Shown one piece after another: positions 35,704 through 47,877 of a stretch of DNA of 64,000 nucleotides. The notes beneath the pieces are model-generated. The model searched no databases. It was not told where the DNA came from and worked only from the letters and a program-made list of their open reading frames with translations. Within the stretch, counting starts at the first letter, position 1; every line of letters begins with the position of its first letter. The stretch is from positions 105,696 through 169,695 of the forward strand of contig RQSC01000015.1 in assembly GCA_013416795.1 (NCBI GenBank), written 5' to 3'. The stretch is from Prasinococcaceae sp. CCMP 1430 (Eukaryota > Plantae > Prasinodermophyta). Position numbers and translations under genes: made by a program.

Positions 35704-36633
35704 CTAGGCCTTGGTCTTGCGGCGGCGCAAGAAGAAATACGCGGCGCCAGCGGCGACGGCGGCGCCCGCCAGCATGTACGGATCCTCGAGCACCTGGGCG
35801 AGGGAACCGAAGGACATGTCGCCCGCCGACGCCGTGGCGGGGCGCTCCTTCTTGGTGCTTGCGGCGGCGCGCGCGGCACCCTTGACCTGTCTCACGAGGT
35901 CCTTGCACCCCACCTCGCTCAGCTTCTTGAAGGCAGCGCCGAAGTCCGCCAGGAAGGCGTCGCCGTCCTCCTGCCAGCGCGTGACGCACCGGCGCATTTC
36001 GTCGTCCTGCTGGAGGAGCTCGGTGATGGGGTCCTCCGCTGGCGCGGCGGTCACCTTGGCCAGGTAGGCCGTGCCGAGGTCCAGGGGGTCCATAGAGAGC
36101 GCGCCGGTCCCCTTCCCGGCGGCGGGTGCGCCGAACTGCATGCCGCCGAGCAGGGCGGCGGCCTCCGAAGCGCTGAGCCCCGTGCGCAGGAACGCCTTCT
36201 TCACCGCTTCGGGGCCCTTGCTGCCGTCGGGGACGCGCCCGGACGGCGGGCACGCCTTCGAGTCCTTGCGGCCCACGCGGACGTCGATGATCGGACCACC
36301 CACCATCTCGATGGCCGTGGCGCCTGCGATCTGGATGAGGTCCGCATACGTCACCGCGTCGAACTTGGACTTGACCACCTCGAGCGCCCTCAGCGCGGGC
36401 TCGAGCCCGGCGTTCTCCGGGCGCGCGAGCTCCCTCTCCACGCGGATCGTGCCGTTCGGCCCGCCCGTCCGCGTGATGCTGTCGTACGTCGCCGCATCGT
36501 GCGCGGCGAGCCGCGCGAGGGGCGCGCCGAGCGCAGCCGCCGCGTTGTCCGCCAGCAGCAGGTAGCGCACCGCGCGCTGCGCGCCCTTGCACGCCGACAC
36601 GTACTCGTCGCTCACCTCGATGGTTCCCACCAT
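35704..36633 (-). CDS. Ascorbate peroxidase-like protein with C-terminal membrane anchor (peroxisomal APX3-type), catalytic residues altered
   Basis: RLAAHDAATYD...GGPNGTIR...NAGL, TYADLIQIAGATAIEMVGGP, GRKDS...PPSGRVPD; C-terminal TM plus RRRKTKA. Confidence 0.85.
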   Translation of the reverse strand: MVGTIEVSDEYVSACKGAQRAVRYLLLADNAAAALGAPLARLAAHDAATYDSITRTGGPNGTIRVERELARPENAGLEPALRALEVVKSKFDAVTYADLIQIAGATAIEMVGGPIIDVRVGRKDSKACPPSGRVPDGSKGPEAVKKAFLRTGLSASEAAALLGGMQFGAPAAGKGTGALSMDPLDLGTAYLAKVTAAPAEDPITELLQQDDEMRRCVTRWQEDGDAFLADFGAAFKKLSEVGCKDLVRQVKGAARAAASTKKERPATASAGDMSFGSLAQVLEDPYMLAGAAVAAGAAYFFLRRRKTKA

Positions 36634-37779
36634 CTCTCTCCCCGCGCCGCGCCCGGGCGCGCGCGGCCGGAGCGGGCGGAAGAGCAGGAGGCTGAGCTGT
36701 GGGTCCGGAAGACGGAGGGACCGCCCGGCGTGCGGCCAGGGGCGCGGCGCGCGCGCAGTGTGGCTGGCAGCCAGCCCCCGCACACGCGCACGCCCACGCG
36801 CACACGCGCACGCTCGCGCGCGCGTTCGCAGCGCGCTTTTTTTTTTGGTTCGTCGCCCTTTCGGCGGCAGCCGCCACCAACGACACGGGGCGCCACAGCA
36901 AATCGAGCAGCCCCGGATCGGAACCCGGTCCGCGTCCGAGATCTCGCCGGGCGAATCCGGGTCTTTCTGGGCGATGACCCGGTCAGACCGCGGACATATA
37001 CCGGGGTCAGCGCGCGCGCTTTCGTTTCCCGCCGGCGGGAGAGCGCTCAGAATTCGCCATGCGCGCGGGCCCATCAAAACCCAAACTCATTTGGGTTTTA
37101 GGGTGCAGGTATTTGATTTGTAGGGTTTATATGTGGCGGGAGCCGCGGCGGCTGCGGCGGCTGGCGCAGCTTCGAGGCGGATCGCACCAACGTGTTCGAC
37201 CGTGTGATCATGGTGCGGCGCCGCCCTGCTCCGCCCGCCGGGGCGCGCGCGCGCGGCCCCGCGCCCAAGGGGAACCCGAGCGTTTTCGTAACGGGACGGC
37301 CGCGCGAAATGACCTGGCACAATCAGAACCGGAATCCGTGTTCGCCGTGGCGCAGCTGCTTCGCGCATCGACAGTCCGAAGAGTCGCCCGTGGTTATATA
37401 ATACGTAGTAACGCATGTACAACCTTCTCATTTGATCTCGTGGGCGAAGTCCAGATCCGGATCCGGCGCCGCGGCGGCGGAGGGGGGCACGCGCGCGAGC
37501 ACGCGCAGCGACGGGCGCAGCCGCGCCCTCCGAAGCGCACGGCGGCGCGGGCCGGCGAGCGCGGCGGCGGAGGTCACCCTCGGCGCGCGAGACGACGAGG
37601 TGCCGCCGGCGGGTATGCTGCACACGCCCAGTGTGGGCGGCTTTTTACATGTGCGTTCGCGCGCTCCTCCCTCAAGCAGGCATCCTCGTGCTCGAAGGGG
37701 AGCGGGCACGCACGGGTCTCTGCGAGCAGTACGTGTACAATGAGCAGGTGCGACGACCCGCATATGCGTGTCGGCGGGC

Positions 37780-39230
37780 TCACAGCGGCGCGCCAATGTC
37801 GCCTGCGCTGGTCGAGGCATTGCCGCCATTCTTCGCGGCGATCAGCTCCTGCAGCACCAAGTTCTCGTCCTTGACCTCGAAGGGGGTCTCGTTGAAGTCG
37901 AAGTGCATGAGCATATTGTCCTCGGACATCTCCACTTCGATGACCGCAGTCGGCCTGGTTTGCAGCAGGATGAAAGGCAACGTCACCTCGGCGTCTTTGT
38001 CGCCCGAGCGTCGCCCCGCAGCCTCGGACTCGGCGTTGCGCGCGACGAGGGCGTCAAGGGCACGCTTGTGCTCGTGGAGCTCGGTGAGGCAGGCCTTCTT
38101 CTTGGCGATGCGACTCGCGCAGCGGAGCTTCTCACCCTGGAGGTGCTCCATGGACGACTCAGTGCTCGTCGGAAGGCCCTTCCAGTGGATCTCCTTCTTG
38201 TCCTTGGAGATGATGTTCATCGCCATCAGCACGTTGAGCGCGTCGTACACTCTCCGCCGGATGTTCTTCTCGTCGTAGCCCGTGAAGCATTCGAACTCGC
38301 CCTCGTTGTTCTTGAAATCCTGCACGAGCTCGTCGGCCACCTCGTTGTACGAAGTGCGCCTCTTCGACTCGACTTTCTCGCACACCTTCATCGAGAAGTG
38401 GCGCAGGCCCTTGTTTGCCTTCTCGCCGCCGGCGCCTCGCGCGCCGCGCTTCTTCTTGGCCGATGGCGGCTCGTCGCCGGTCGCCTTCCCGCTCTCTGTC
38501 GCGGCAGCGCCGTTCGTTTCCGTCGTCATCGTCGTGTGGCTTGGATCGGACACGGCTGTCCGCTGCTGCTCGCTCTGTTGCGCCGCCTTCTGCTCTGTGC
38601 GCTGCTGCTCCTGCGCCGCCTCCGCCACTTGCAGCGCGACGCCCTCGGCCGGCGCACCGTCGGCCGCGCCAAGCACGGGCCCGCCCTCTCCCATGGGGCC
38701 GACGCCAGGGGTGCCGACGAGGTCGCAGAGCTGTCCATTCTGGATCATACCGAAGTCCTACGGATCGGCAGCAGAGAGACGGCGAGGCGGCAGCAGCGGC
38801 CGCAGGTGGCGGTGTCAGCTCTGTGGTACGTGGTCGCGGGCGAGAGCAGCCAGCCGGGCGATGCGGTAGGCAGAGCGGCATGCGACGCGCCGCTCGCATG
38901 AGCACGCCTGGGAAAAGGGGCTGCAACGGAGCGGCGAGCAGGTGGGTGGGGAGGGACGCTCGTCTGTGCTCGGGTCCGAGCGACTACGAGGAGCAACGGC
39001 CTGGGCGCCTCGGGCGCCACAGCCGCCGCGCCATCCGGCGCGCGGGCGGGCACCCTCGAGCTGCTTCGTCCCCAACGCGGATCGATGCGCGAGCGCGCGA
39101 GGCCGCGGCGCGCGCTTACCTCGGCGAGGTCGTAGAGTCCTGCGTCCGAGAAGCTCTGCAGCAGCTCATCCTGCACACCCCGCGCCCCGCGCCCCGCGCC
39201 CGCCGCGGCACCGCGCCGCCCGCCCGCCAT
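37780..39230 (-). CDS. DP: Transcription factor DP (E2F dimerisation partner); join(39120..39230,37780..38757)
   Basis: KGLRHFSMKVCEKV...SYNEVADELV, NIRRRVYDALNVLMAM, IHWKGLP, LPFILLQT and HFDFNETPFE; phase-0 GTAAG...TAG intron. Confidence 0.95.
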
Positions 39231-39232
39231 CG

Positions 39233-39450
39233 NNNNNNNNNNNNNNNNNNNNNNNNNNNNNNNNNNNNNNNNNNNNNNNNNNNNNNNNNNNNNNNNNNNN
39301 NNNNNNNNNNNNNNNNNNNNNNNNNNNNNNNNNNNNNNNNNNNNNNNNNNNNNNNNNNNNNNNNNNNNNNNNNNNNNNNNNNNNNNNNNNNNNNNNNNNN
39401 NNNNNNNNNNNNNNNNNNNNNNNNNNNNNNNNNNNNNNNNNNNNNNNNNN
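39233..39450. other. Assembly gap (N run); smaller gaps at 24531-24547, 26681-26697 and a single N at 35630
   Basis: N characters in the sequence. Confidence 0.99.
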
Positions 39451-40330
39451 AAAAAAAAAAAAACGCCCCAAATGCGTCGCCTCCGCGTGCGACTTGATCT
39501 TCGATGCACAAAGGGTAAAACGTCCCGCTGATGCGGTAGTAGGGTTTGTCTTTGTTGAGGTTTTGGTGGGTTTTGAAGGGGGCATCGCAGGGGGTGCGCC
39601 GGCGGAAGGAGGGGTTGGGGGGGTTGAGGTTTCCGGCCGGGCCGCGCGCGCGCGGCCCGCGCGCGCGCGCGGGAAGATGCCCCCCCCCCGCGCGCAACCG
39701 CCTCGACCTTCGCCGCCCATATTTAGGGTAAAAGGTCGCAAGCACGTGATTTAGGGTTTGCATGCGCGCTGGTTGCTGTGGGTTTTGACGAGGGCGTCGC
39801 TCCGTCTGATGGGTTGAGGTTTCGGCGCCGTCGCGCGCGCGCGCGCGGCGCGCCGCGGCCGCACGTTTCACCGCCCCGGGTTTTCCCCTGCTGTTCCGTG
39901 GGAACACGCACACGCACACGCGCGTCAGAGGCATGGCCCGCGGCACCTGCGCGTGCGGGAGGGGGGGGGCGGATGGGGATCGGGGGCGCGCGCGCGGCGG
40001 AGCGCAGCGAAGCTGGGGGCGGCCTCGCCGCGCGCACCGCCCGCGCGCGCCCTGTGCCCCCATCCCGCGCCGCGTCGCACTCCGCCCCGCTCTCACGCCC
40101 GCGCGCATCCGCGCACACTCACAGTCCACTCCCTCCGTCCAACCACCCCCCCACCCACACGCGCTCACACGCCCGCTCGCCCACCCGCACCCGCACGCAG
40201 CGCGCGCGCGCACCCGCGGCGGCTGGTTGCGCGCCCGCAGCCACACAGCCGCCGCCGCCGAGGGAATCAAATCCATCCTCCAACCAACGCATCCATCCGT
40301 CAATCAAATCAGACGGAACCAACACAAAAC

Positions 40331-40366
<36 letters not shown>

Positions 40367-40387
40367 GTCAGTCAGTCAGTCAGTCAG
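40331..40387. repeat. Compound tetranucleotide microsatellite (TCAA)n-(TCAG)n
   Basis: Direct reading: atcaatcaat... followed by cagtcagtcag. Confidence 0.9.
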
Positions 40388-40852
40388 GGGAGCCCGGCGC
40401 ACGGAATCTGGATCTGCGTTCCGCGTTTCAACCGATCGTTGGCCTCGCGGCCGCGCGCGCCGGCGGCGCCGTCCCGCCCACCCGCGGATCCAATTCGCGT
40501 CCCGCGCCGCGCCCGCCGCGGACCCTCGCCTTTCGCTTGCTTGTCGGACCTCCTGCGGCCAGGCTGGCCTCGGTCGGCTGCCAGTCTCTCCTTCTTCCAG
40601 CCGACCCGGATTGATTCCAGCCTCTTTTGCGGTTGTGTTTGGGATTGGTTGGGGGATGTTGATTGGTTGGTTTGGGTTGGTTGGTTGGGGGCTTTGAGCG
40701 CATCCGCAACCGATCCGCGGCGTGGAGACGCACCCCCGCCTCGCTGCTGCTGTCGCTGCGCGCGGCGTGGTGCAGGTCGGGTGAGTGTACGTGTGTGTGT
40801 GTGGGGGGGTGCCACACGGGGGGAGTGCGGCGCGGGGCGGGGTTGTGCGCAG

Positions 40853-41984
40853 GCAGAGGCGGAGGGAGCTGCGGCAACGGGAGGCGGCGGGTGCCGCACC
40901 GGGCGAGGATGCGAGCGCTAGCGCGGACACGGACGCGGGCGGGCGCGAGAGGGCGGCGCTGGGACGGCCTGCGCAGAGCACACGGTCGATAGCGGCGGCG
41001 GGCTCGGCCGCGAGCTTCGCGGTGACATGCTTCTGCCATCCGATCGACACGCTGAAAACCTTGATACAACACGACAAGCGCGCGTCGCGCAACGTGGTCG
41101 AGCAGCTGCTGCGCGTGCTCCGCGAGCGCGGCGCCGGCGGCCTTTACGCGGGCATGCCGAGCAGCCTCGTCTCATCGATGCCCATCTCCGCGATATACAC
41201 GTCCAGCTACGAGACATTCAAGGCGCTGGTGATGCCGTACGTGGGAGATCGCCAGGCGATGGCGCATGTCACGGGCGGCGCGATGGCGAGCGTGTGCACG
41301 TCCTTCGTGTACACGCCGTGCGAGACACTCAAGAACCGGCTGCAGGTAGGCCAATACAAGAACACCGCCGAGTGCCTCGTGCATATGCTGCGCACTGAGG
41401 GGGTCTTCAAGCTCTACGCCGGCTGGGGCGCCGTCCTGTGCCGCAACGTTCCGCAGAGCATCATCAAGTTCTGGACGTACGAGCAGCTGAAGAAGCGCCT
41501 CGCGAGCGCGAATGGTGACGGCAAAATCAGCGAGGCGCGGATGCAACTCGCGACGGGGGCCGCCGGCGGCGCCAGCGCGTGCACGGCCGCGCTCTTCAGC
41601 CACGCCTTCGACACCGTCAAGACGAAGATCATGACCGGCACGCTCGGCATCGACACGCGCAATCCGCTCGTGGCGATTCGGCACATCGTGCGCACGGAGG
41701 GCTTCTGGGCGCTGTACAGAGGGCTAGCGCCGCGGCTGTTCATATACGCCACGCAGGGCGCAATCTTCTTTGGCTCATACGAGACGCTCAAGGTTCTGTT
41801 CGCGTCGGGCGAGGACGCCTTGCGGCAGCTTGGCTCCCCGAGGCCCGGCCAGCAGCACGATGCAAACGACGAAGTCGCGGGGCGGTCGCAGGAGCAGGGG
41901 CAGCCGGCGCAGAGCCGGTGGCGGTGGGGGGATCGCCAACGCCAACCTGCCGTGACCATCGCAACAGGGGCCGCCGCTGTGTGA
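40853..41984 (+). CDS. Mitochondrial carrier family (SLC25) protein, SAM-carrier-like; 5' end uncertain
   Basis: Three carrier signature repeats: HPIDTLKT, TPCETLKNRLQ and HAFDTVKT; GLYAG, KLYAG and ALYRG motifs. Confidence 0.92.
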
Positions 41985-42448
41985 ACTCGCGCACAGGCGG
42001 GCGGCGGGCGCCACCGGCATGGCGCGCCGCGAATAATAACAGAAGCAGCCGGCAATTTTGCTCCGATTTTGACGAGCGGGGCCTCTCTAGCTAGAGCGCC
42101 GAGGACGACGCGCGCGCCGCCCCTCAGTCGTCCAGAGCCCAACCAGTGCGTTGGCGACGGTCGCCTCCTGGCCATCCATGAGAGTCCAGCTCATCGGCCT
42201 CTTCAAGAAGCGCGGCCACTTTGTCCCTTTTTGGGGGGGGCGCAGGCCGCGGCGCCCAGGGTGCGGGAGCGGGGGGGTGCTGCAGGCGGCGTCGGAAGGA
42301 GCGGGGGCGTTGTCAATCGCGGCTGCGGCCCACTGCGCACTTTCGAGCCGTTCAGTTGTACACATGTCAAAAAATTACGCCCGGACGGCAGACGCGCCGC
42401 GCGCCGCGATGCTTGTGCCGCCGTGGCGCCACCACCAGAACAGGGATG

Positions 42449-43738
42449 TCAACGGTAGATCGACTCCTGCTTCAGGTTGTAGGCAATCTCTGCGAGTGGT
42501 GCAGCACGAGAAAGCGTGGGTCAGTGTCAAAAGCAACAGCCGCATTCCCTCCGCACGCGTGCCACGCGGGCGCGCACGCTCGCGCACCAAGGCACACGCA
42601 CCTGTCTCCCACTTGTCGCCATTCGCCAGCAGCTTTTCTTTGTCATAAAGTAGCTCCTCATGCGTCTCAGTGGCGAATTCGGCGTTTGGGCCCTCCACGA
42701 TAGCGTCCACCGGGCACGCCTCTTGGCAGAAGCCGCAGTAACTGTGGGTGCAGGCGAGCGGCGTCGCAAGTTCTGTCAGCGCATGGCGCGCAGTGGCGCG
42801 GGTGCCGCGGCAGAGAAAGACGCGCTGCGTACGCACATGCACTTTGTCATGTCGATATCGTAGCGGGTGGTACGCCGCGAGCCGTCCTCGCGCTCCTCGG
42901 CCTCGATGGTGATCGCCTGCGCGGGACACACGGCCTCGCACAGCTTGCACGCGATGCAGCGCTCCTCGCCACTCGGGTAGCGGCGAAGCACGTGCTCGCC
43001 GCGGAAGCGCGGCGACAGCGCCGCCTTTTCGAACGGGTAATTCAGCGTGAACTTGCGCTCAAACGCGTACTTGAGCGTCATGCTCATGCCGCGCGCAATT
43101 TCTGTGAGCATGTACGTCTTCGCCTGGCGGTCGAGCAGCTCGAAGAAGTCCTTCTCGTCGCCCATGTCGGAGAACTCCTTGCGGCCGGAGTTGGGCTGCA
43201 CGCACGAGTGGGTAAGGCAGGGCCGTCAGCGCACGCGTGCAAAGGGCCCCCGCGCGCGAGCGCCTGCAGCCGCGGAGCTCCTCCCGCCGCCCTCCGCCTA
43301 AAAAAACTCGAGCAAACACACTCGTAGTTCGAATGCTTCCATGGATGAGTCAGGCCGGGGGGGCGAGCTCCGCGGCGGTGCTTCGCAAGCGCGACGCCGC
43401 GGGGGCAAGAGCGCGAGCCGATGGGCGCCTCCCAGCCTCGCGCACCCTCGCGCCTGCGCTCAGCGCGCCCGCCCGCCCGCCCGCCTCTCGCGCATCCGCG
43501 GGCAGCGCGGGGCCAACCCTAAATAGCGCGTGTGCGCACGCCACGCACGTCCTTGCCCGTCGTGTCGCGCTTGGCCAGAGCGCGCTTCGCGTAGCCACGC
43601 GCGCCGTCAGTCGCGGCGCTCGGGGCCTGCGCGGCGCCGGCGAGCGGCCGCATGGCACGCGGTGCTGTGTAAGAAGCTTCTTAGCAGTCGTGTCTACATG
43701 GCCGCGCCGGCGATGCGCGACGCCGCCTGGCGCAGCAT
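42449..43738 (-). CDS. NDUFS8: NADH:ubiquinone oxidoreductase TYKY/23-kDa subunit, multi-exon (5' boundary approximate)
   Basis: [48 protein letters not shown]|[28 protein letters not shown]|EIAYNL...YR stop. Confidence 0.96.
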
Positions 43739-44018
43739 GGCGCCAGGGAGGGGGTGCGCGACGCGACGCCACTGTGGCGCGCCGCGCCACGCGGCCTGCC
43801 CAAATCTCGCCCCACTCGATAAAACAAACAAAAAAAGCGGTCGGTCCGCCTGTCTCCGCCACCTGCGTTTATTTCATATGAAATTATATTTGCATGAAAT
43901 GTACTTCGTTGTTTCGCATACTGACAATTGGTGGGGTACCCTTTGCGCGCGCCGCGTGCAGATACTTTTTTCTCGCTGCACTCAACACGAAAGAAATATC
44001 CACCAAAAAAGTACTTCA

Positions 44019-45769
44019 ATGTTTGTGAGTGTCTCACGCGTCCTTGGAAGGAGGCGAGGGCAGCGCGCGCGAGGTGCGGCCAGGCGGCATGCCCCTTTGG
44101 TCCGCGCGTTGATTTTGATGGCACTTGCGTTCACTGTGCCGTGCCGGGCGCACGACGGGCGCGCCACAGCCAGCGCCCCGCGCCGCACGCGGCCGTGCGC
44201 ATGCTGCAGGATCTGCTCAAGGAGGATGCCTCCAAGCCCAAGCGCAAGGCGCAGCGACGGGCGCGGGCGCATGCTGGCACGGCGCTGACGACGCCCGCGC
44301 GCCGCGTAGCCGCCGCGTTCGAAGTTCGGCTACTACCACGAGACGCGTGTACGCGAGGTCTTCGACTCCATCGACAAGGACAGCAACGGCAAGCTCAGCT
44401 TCAGCGAGGTTCGGCGCGCGCGGCGGAGGCAGTGGTAGCAGCACCCTTTTGGTCCTGCCGTGATTTGGGCCGCGAGTCGAAAGTGGTTTCTTCCCCATGA
44501 GCGTGCGCGCGCGCGGGGGGGGGGGGGTGCAGCGCCCCCCCCCTCGCCCCTCCCCCCTCTCGCCGCGCGCTCCCAAGCGCGCGGGAGGCGAACGGGGAGG
44601 AGGCCTATCGCGTACTGGCTTAGGACGCGCTTGCTTGAGTTGGGAGGACGGCGCGGCGCGGGGGGGGGCGGGGGCACGAGGGGCGCGCGTCGCGCTCGCG
44701 CCCGAACGAGAAACTCCGTGCTTGCTCCATTTCGAAGGATGGAGTGCCGTTGCAATGGCCCGCATGCACGCAGCAGAGCGAGAGAGGCGGCTGCCTGCGC
44801 TGCGCGCAGCGACGTCAGTGCCGGGTCTGCTCGGGGGGAAGCAGAGCAGCGTGCTCGGGCAGCATTACGTCGCGCAGCCCGCCCGCGTGACCCCGCGCAC
44901 GCCCGGCGAGCGAGATTGCTGACGCGACCGTCCGGAACGGGCGCGCTTGTGACCGGCCCCACCTGGCTGCGCCCGCGTTCGCTCGCGCCTCCGCGTTGCA
45001 CGCCCCGCTCCCATGCTGCACGTGCGCACGCAGATCAAGGCAGGCTTGGAGGGCGATGCGGTCGACTGGGAGCAGTGTGGCCTGGACTCATCCACGGTGA
45101 TGGAGGCCATCTACCGCGAGGCCGACGCGGACGGAGAGAAAACGCTCACCTTCGAGCAGTTTTGGAAGGTGCGCCGCTGCGCTCTTGGGTCCTCGCCGGC
45201 GCTTGCGCATGCTGGGGGTGCGATGGTCTCCGCGCCGTCCGTCCAGCCACGCGCGTGCGCATGGTATCCGTGCAATGGGTGTGCGTGGGGGACTGACGAA
45301 TACTCCTCGCCGACGAAATCGTGTGTGCGCACGCACGTGTACGCGCGCCATCTACGTGCATGTGCATCCGTCGCACGCGCAGTTCGCCACAGTACACGGC
45401 AAGGGTCGGCATGCCGAGGATCCGTCTGAGCAGGTGCGCGATTATGTGGACAGACACGACCTGCTGGCCGTGATGGAGCAGTCGCTTGCCGCGCTTCTCT
45501 ACTCCAAGCCGGAGGATCCCAAGGCGTTTCTGTCCAACTACTTGGGCATTTTGAAGAAAGCAGGGCGCAAGGAGACCTCCTTCTTCACAGATGATGACCT
45601 AGGCATCGTGTTCGGGCTATTTGACCTCACGGGCAAGGGTGTGATGGCGCCCAAGCAGTTCGCAAACGCGCTCAAGAACCTGGGCATTGAGCGCGCGCCC
45701 GCCATTGAGCGGCCCATTAGCAAGGAGAGGTTCGTGCAGCTCGCGAGAGCAGCGCTCGACGCCCTCTGA
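44019..45769 (+). CDS. Multi-EF-hand protein with C-terminal EFCAB10-like (RIIa docking-like plus EF-hand) region; about 5 exons
   Basis: EF loops DKDSNGKLSFSE, DADGEKTLTFEQF and DLTGKGVMAPKQF; LAALLYSKPEDPKAFL docking-type motif; splice sites give an in-frame join. Confidence 0.7.
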
Positions 45770-45897
45770 GCCCGGGTCTGCCCCAATCATTAATATCTAA
45801 ACCCCGCCTTCGTCGCGCTCGACAGATAGCACGTGTGTGGAAAGAGGTGTCCAGAGCGTGCCCCCTCACTGTCCCACACTACAATGACTCCCGCGCG

Positions 45898-47877
45898 TTA
45901 GGGGGGGCCGAAGCCCAGCAGTGGGTGCGCCTCGGTGTTGAGCACCCATCGGTCAAGCGGCAGCAGCGAAGCGTCAGCGAAGAGCAGGTAGAAGTACTTG
46001 AGGGTCTCCGCCATCCAGAACGTGTCCAGCTGGTCTTCGTGTAGCACCGATCCGCCCTTGTTACTGGGAGACACGCTCGCCACCTTGGCGAAGGCACCGC
46101 TGTCCAATCGGCTGGTGGACTCGAACGCCTCGAACATCTTCCAGCCCCACTCCTGGTAGCGCTCGTCACCGGTCACCCTGTGCAGAATAAAGAGGGACTC
46201 GACGGTCTCGGGGCGCAGCAGATTGTGCTGGTCATTGCTGTTGTAGCACACGTCGCCGGATACAAAGGCGCTCGAGGGGCACTTCTGACCATCACCCGCC
46301 CAGTGGATGATCTCCGGGGCGATACCCGTGGGCGAGCGCTCGTAAAATGCTCGATAGCAAGCCTCCACCTGATCCTTGGCCTCCCGTAAGTACGGCTCGC
46401 GCGGCAGCGCACCACGCTCGACACCCAGGGCAATGAGCCCCGGCCAGAAGCATACAAGGTGGTCCATCTTGTTGCTGACGCGGCCGCTTCCTGGATTGTT
46501 CTGCTCGCCAATGAGGAGCAGCCCCTCCTTCTCCGACCGCCTCGACAGGTGCTTAGACACTGCGGCGGCAGCCTTCCTGAAGGCCTCCAGATATTCGTCC
46601 TGCCCCCCGAGCTTGTGGCTCCCGCTCCCCGCACCAAGCAGCCAGTACTTCAGCAGATACTCGTAGTAGCTGTCCACGCGCGCGCCAAGCGTGATCTTTC
46701 GCTCCCCCAGCATACCCGACCTGATATCCACCCACATGCCTTCGATGAGCCCCTCGAAGTGCTGCGAGCTCATAAGCATGCTCTGCGCCTTCTCGGCCGC
46801 ATCGGCGAATCGGCGATCCCCCGTCAGTACGCTGAGCGTCGTCCACTCCATTGTGAGCGTGCCTGCCTCGGCCACATTGGTCTGGCCAGCGTTGAACACC
46901 GGCCCGTGCGGCCGGCCAGTGCGCAGGTCGACGTCCGTGAATGGCATGCCGCTTGCCGAATCGAATGCCGGCAACAGTCGCTCGCCGAGCTCGCGCGCCT
47001 TGTCCAGGTACAGCGGGTCGCGGCCAGACAGATAGAAGGCCGAGAGCAGGCCTCCAAGAGCGCGAATGGTGACCTCGAACACGGATGCGTCGGACGCGCC
47101 ATCACCGGGGCGATGGATATCGAGCTCCTGTGCCACCCACTGGCGCGCCAGGGCGTACTCGTCCGTCAGATTCATCAGAAGCATGGTATCGAGCGAGTCC
47201 ACCAGTGTCAGACCGAGCCCGAACCAGTTGTGTCCGCGCTTCGACAGCGGCTTGAGCTCGTCGTAACCCCACGCCGACGCGCGGTACGCATTAAATGTCG
47301 ACCGGTAGGCATCCTTCACGCGTTCGCGGCGCGACGCCAGCAGGTGTGCCCGCGCGAAGGCCGAGCCGGTGCCGCTTGCGCTGTCACCGGTCTCTGCACG
47401 GTGTCCTCCCCTCGCCCATGCACCGTTGTCGTCGCCAAACAACGCATGCACGTCGGCGTCAGCGTCGACAGCGTCGGTGGCTGACATGTAATTAGTAGTC
47501 TCTGCCGAACGGATCACCGCATCCGTGTCGTCCCCTGCACCGCCATTCCCCCACAGCCTGGGCAGCGCGCTGCCACGTGCACCCCTCGCGTCGGCACGTG
47601 GATGCTCTGTGACCGCTGCGACGACGAAGGCTGCATGAGCGTCGTCCACGGCCGTTCTGACGTCGGGTGCGAGCATCGCTGTGGCGAACACCCCACCCAA
47701 CAGCAGGAGAGCGCTCAGCAGCATCGTCGCACCACTGCACTGTCGCGCGAGTCGCGCATCGCCCTCCGCGCCGCGCGCAATCGCGCCGCCATGCGCGAGC
47801 GCGCGGGCGCCCCCTCCGCCCCCTGCAACGCCGCGGAGGCCGAGGCTGCCGCCGCCGCCTCGCGACAGCGGCAGCAA
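45898..47877 (-). CDS. Class I alpha-1,2-mannosidase (GH47), type II membrane protein; start uncertain
   Basis: AWGYDELKPLS, TLVDSLDT, SVFEVTIRALGGLLSA, GARVDSYYEYLLK, KMDHLVCF, LRPETVESLF, FWMAETLKY and NTEAHPL. Confidence 0.96.
   Translation of the reverse strand: MLPLSRGGGGSLGLRGVAGGGGGARALAHGGAIARGAEGDARLARQCSGATMLLSALLLLGGVFATAMLAPDVRTAVDDAHAAFVVAAVTEHPRADARGARGSALPRLWGNGGAGDDTDAVIRSAETTNYMSATDAVDADADVHALFGDDNGAWARGGHRAETGDSASGTGSAFARAHLLASRRERVKDAYRSTFNAYRASAWGYDELKPLSKRGHNWFGLGLTLVDSLDTMLLMNLTDEYALARQWVAQELDIHRPGDGASDASVFEVTIRALGGLLSAFYLSGRDPLYLDKARELGERLLPAFDSASGMPFTDVDLRTGRPHGPVFNAGQTNVAEAGTLTMEWTTLSVLTGDRRFADAAEKAQSMLMSSQHFEGLIEGMWVDIRSGMLGERKITLGARVDSYYEYLLKYWLLGAGSGSHKLGGQDEYLEAFRKAAAAVSKHLSRRSEKEGLLLIGEQNNPGSGRVSNKMDHLVCFWPGLIALGVERGALPREPYLREAKDQVEACYRAFYERSPTGIAPEIIHWAGDGQKCPSSAFVSGDVCYNSNDQHNLLRPETVESLFILHRVTGDERYQEWGWKMFEAFESTSRLDSGAFAKVASVSPSNKGGSVLHEDQLDTFWMAETLKYFYLLFADASLLPLDRWVLNTEAHPLLGFGPP

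Noticed and set aside
40331-40690. Short repeats as a CRISPR or telomeric array
   Set aside because: Simple microsatellites with no spacers, in a eukaryotic context.
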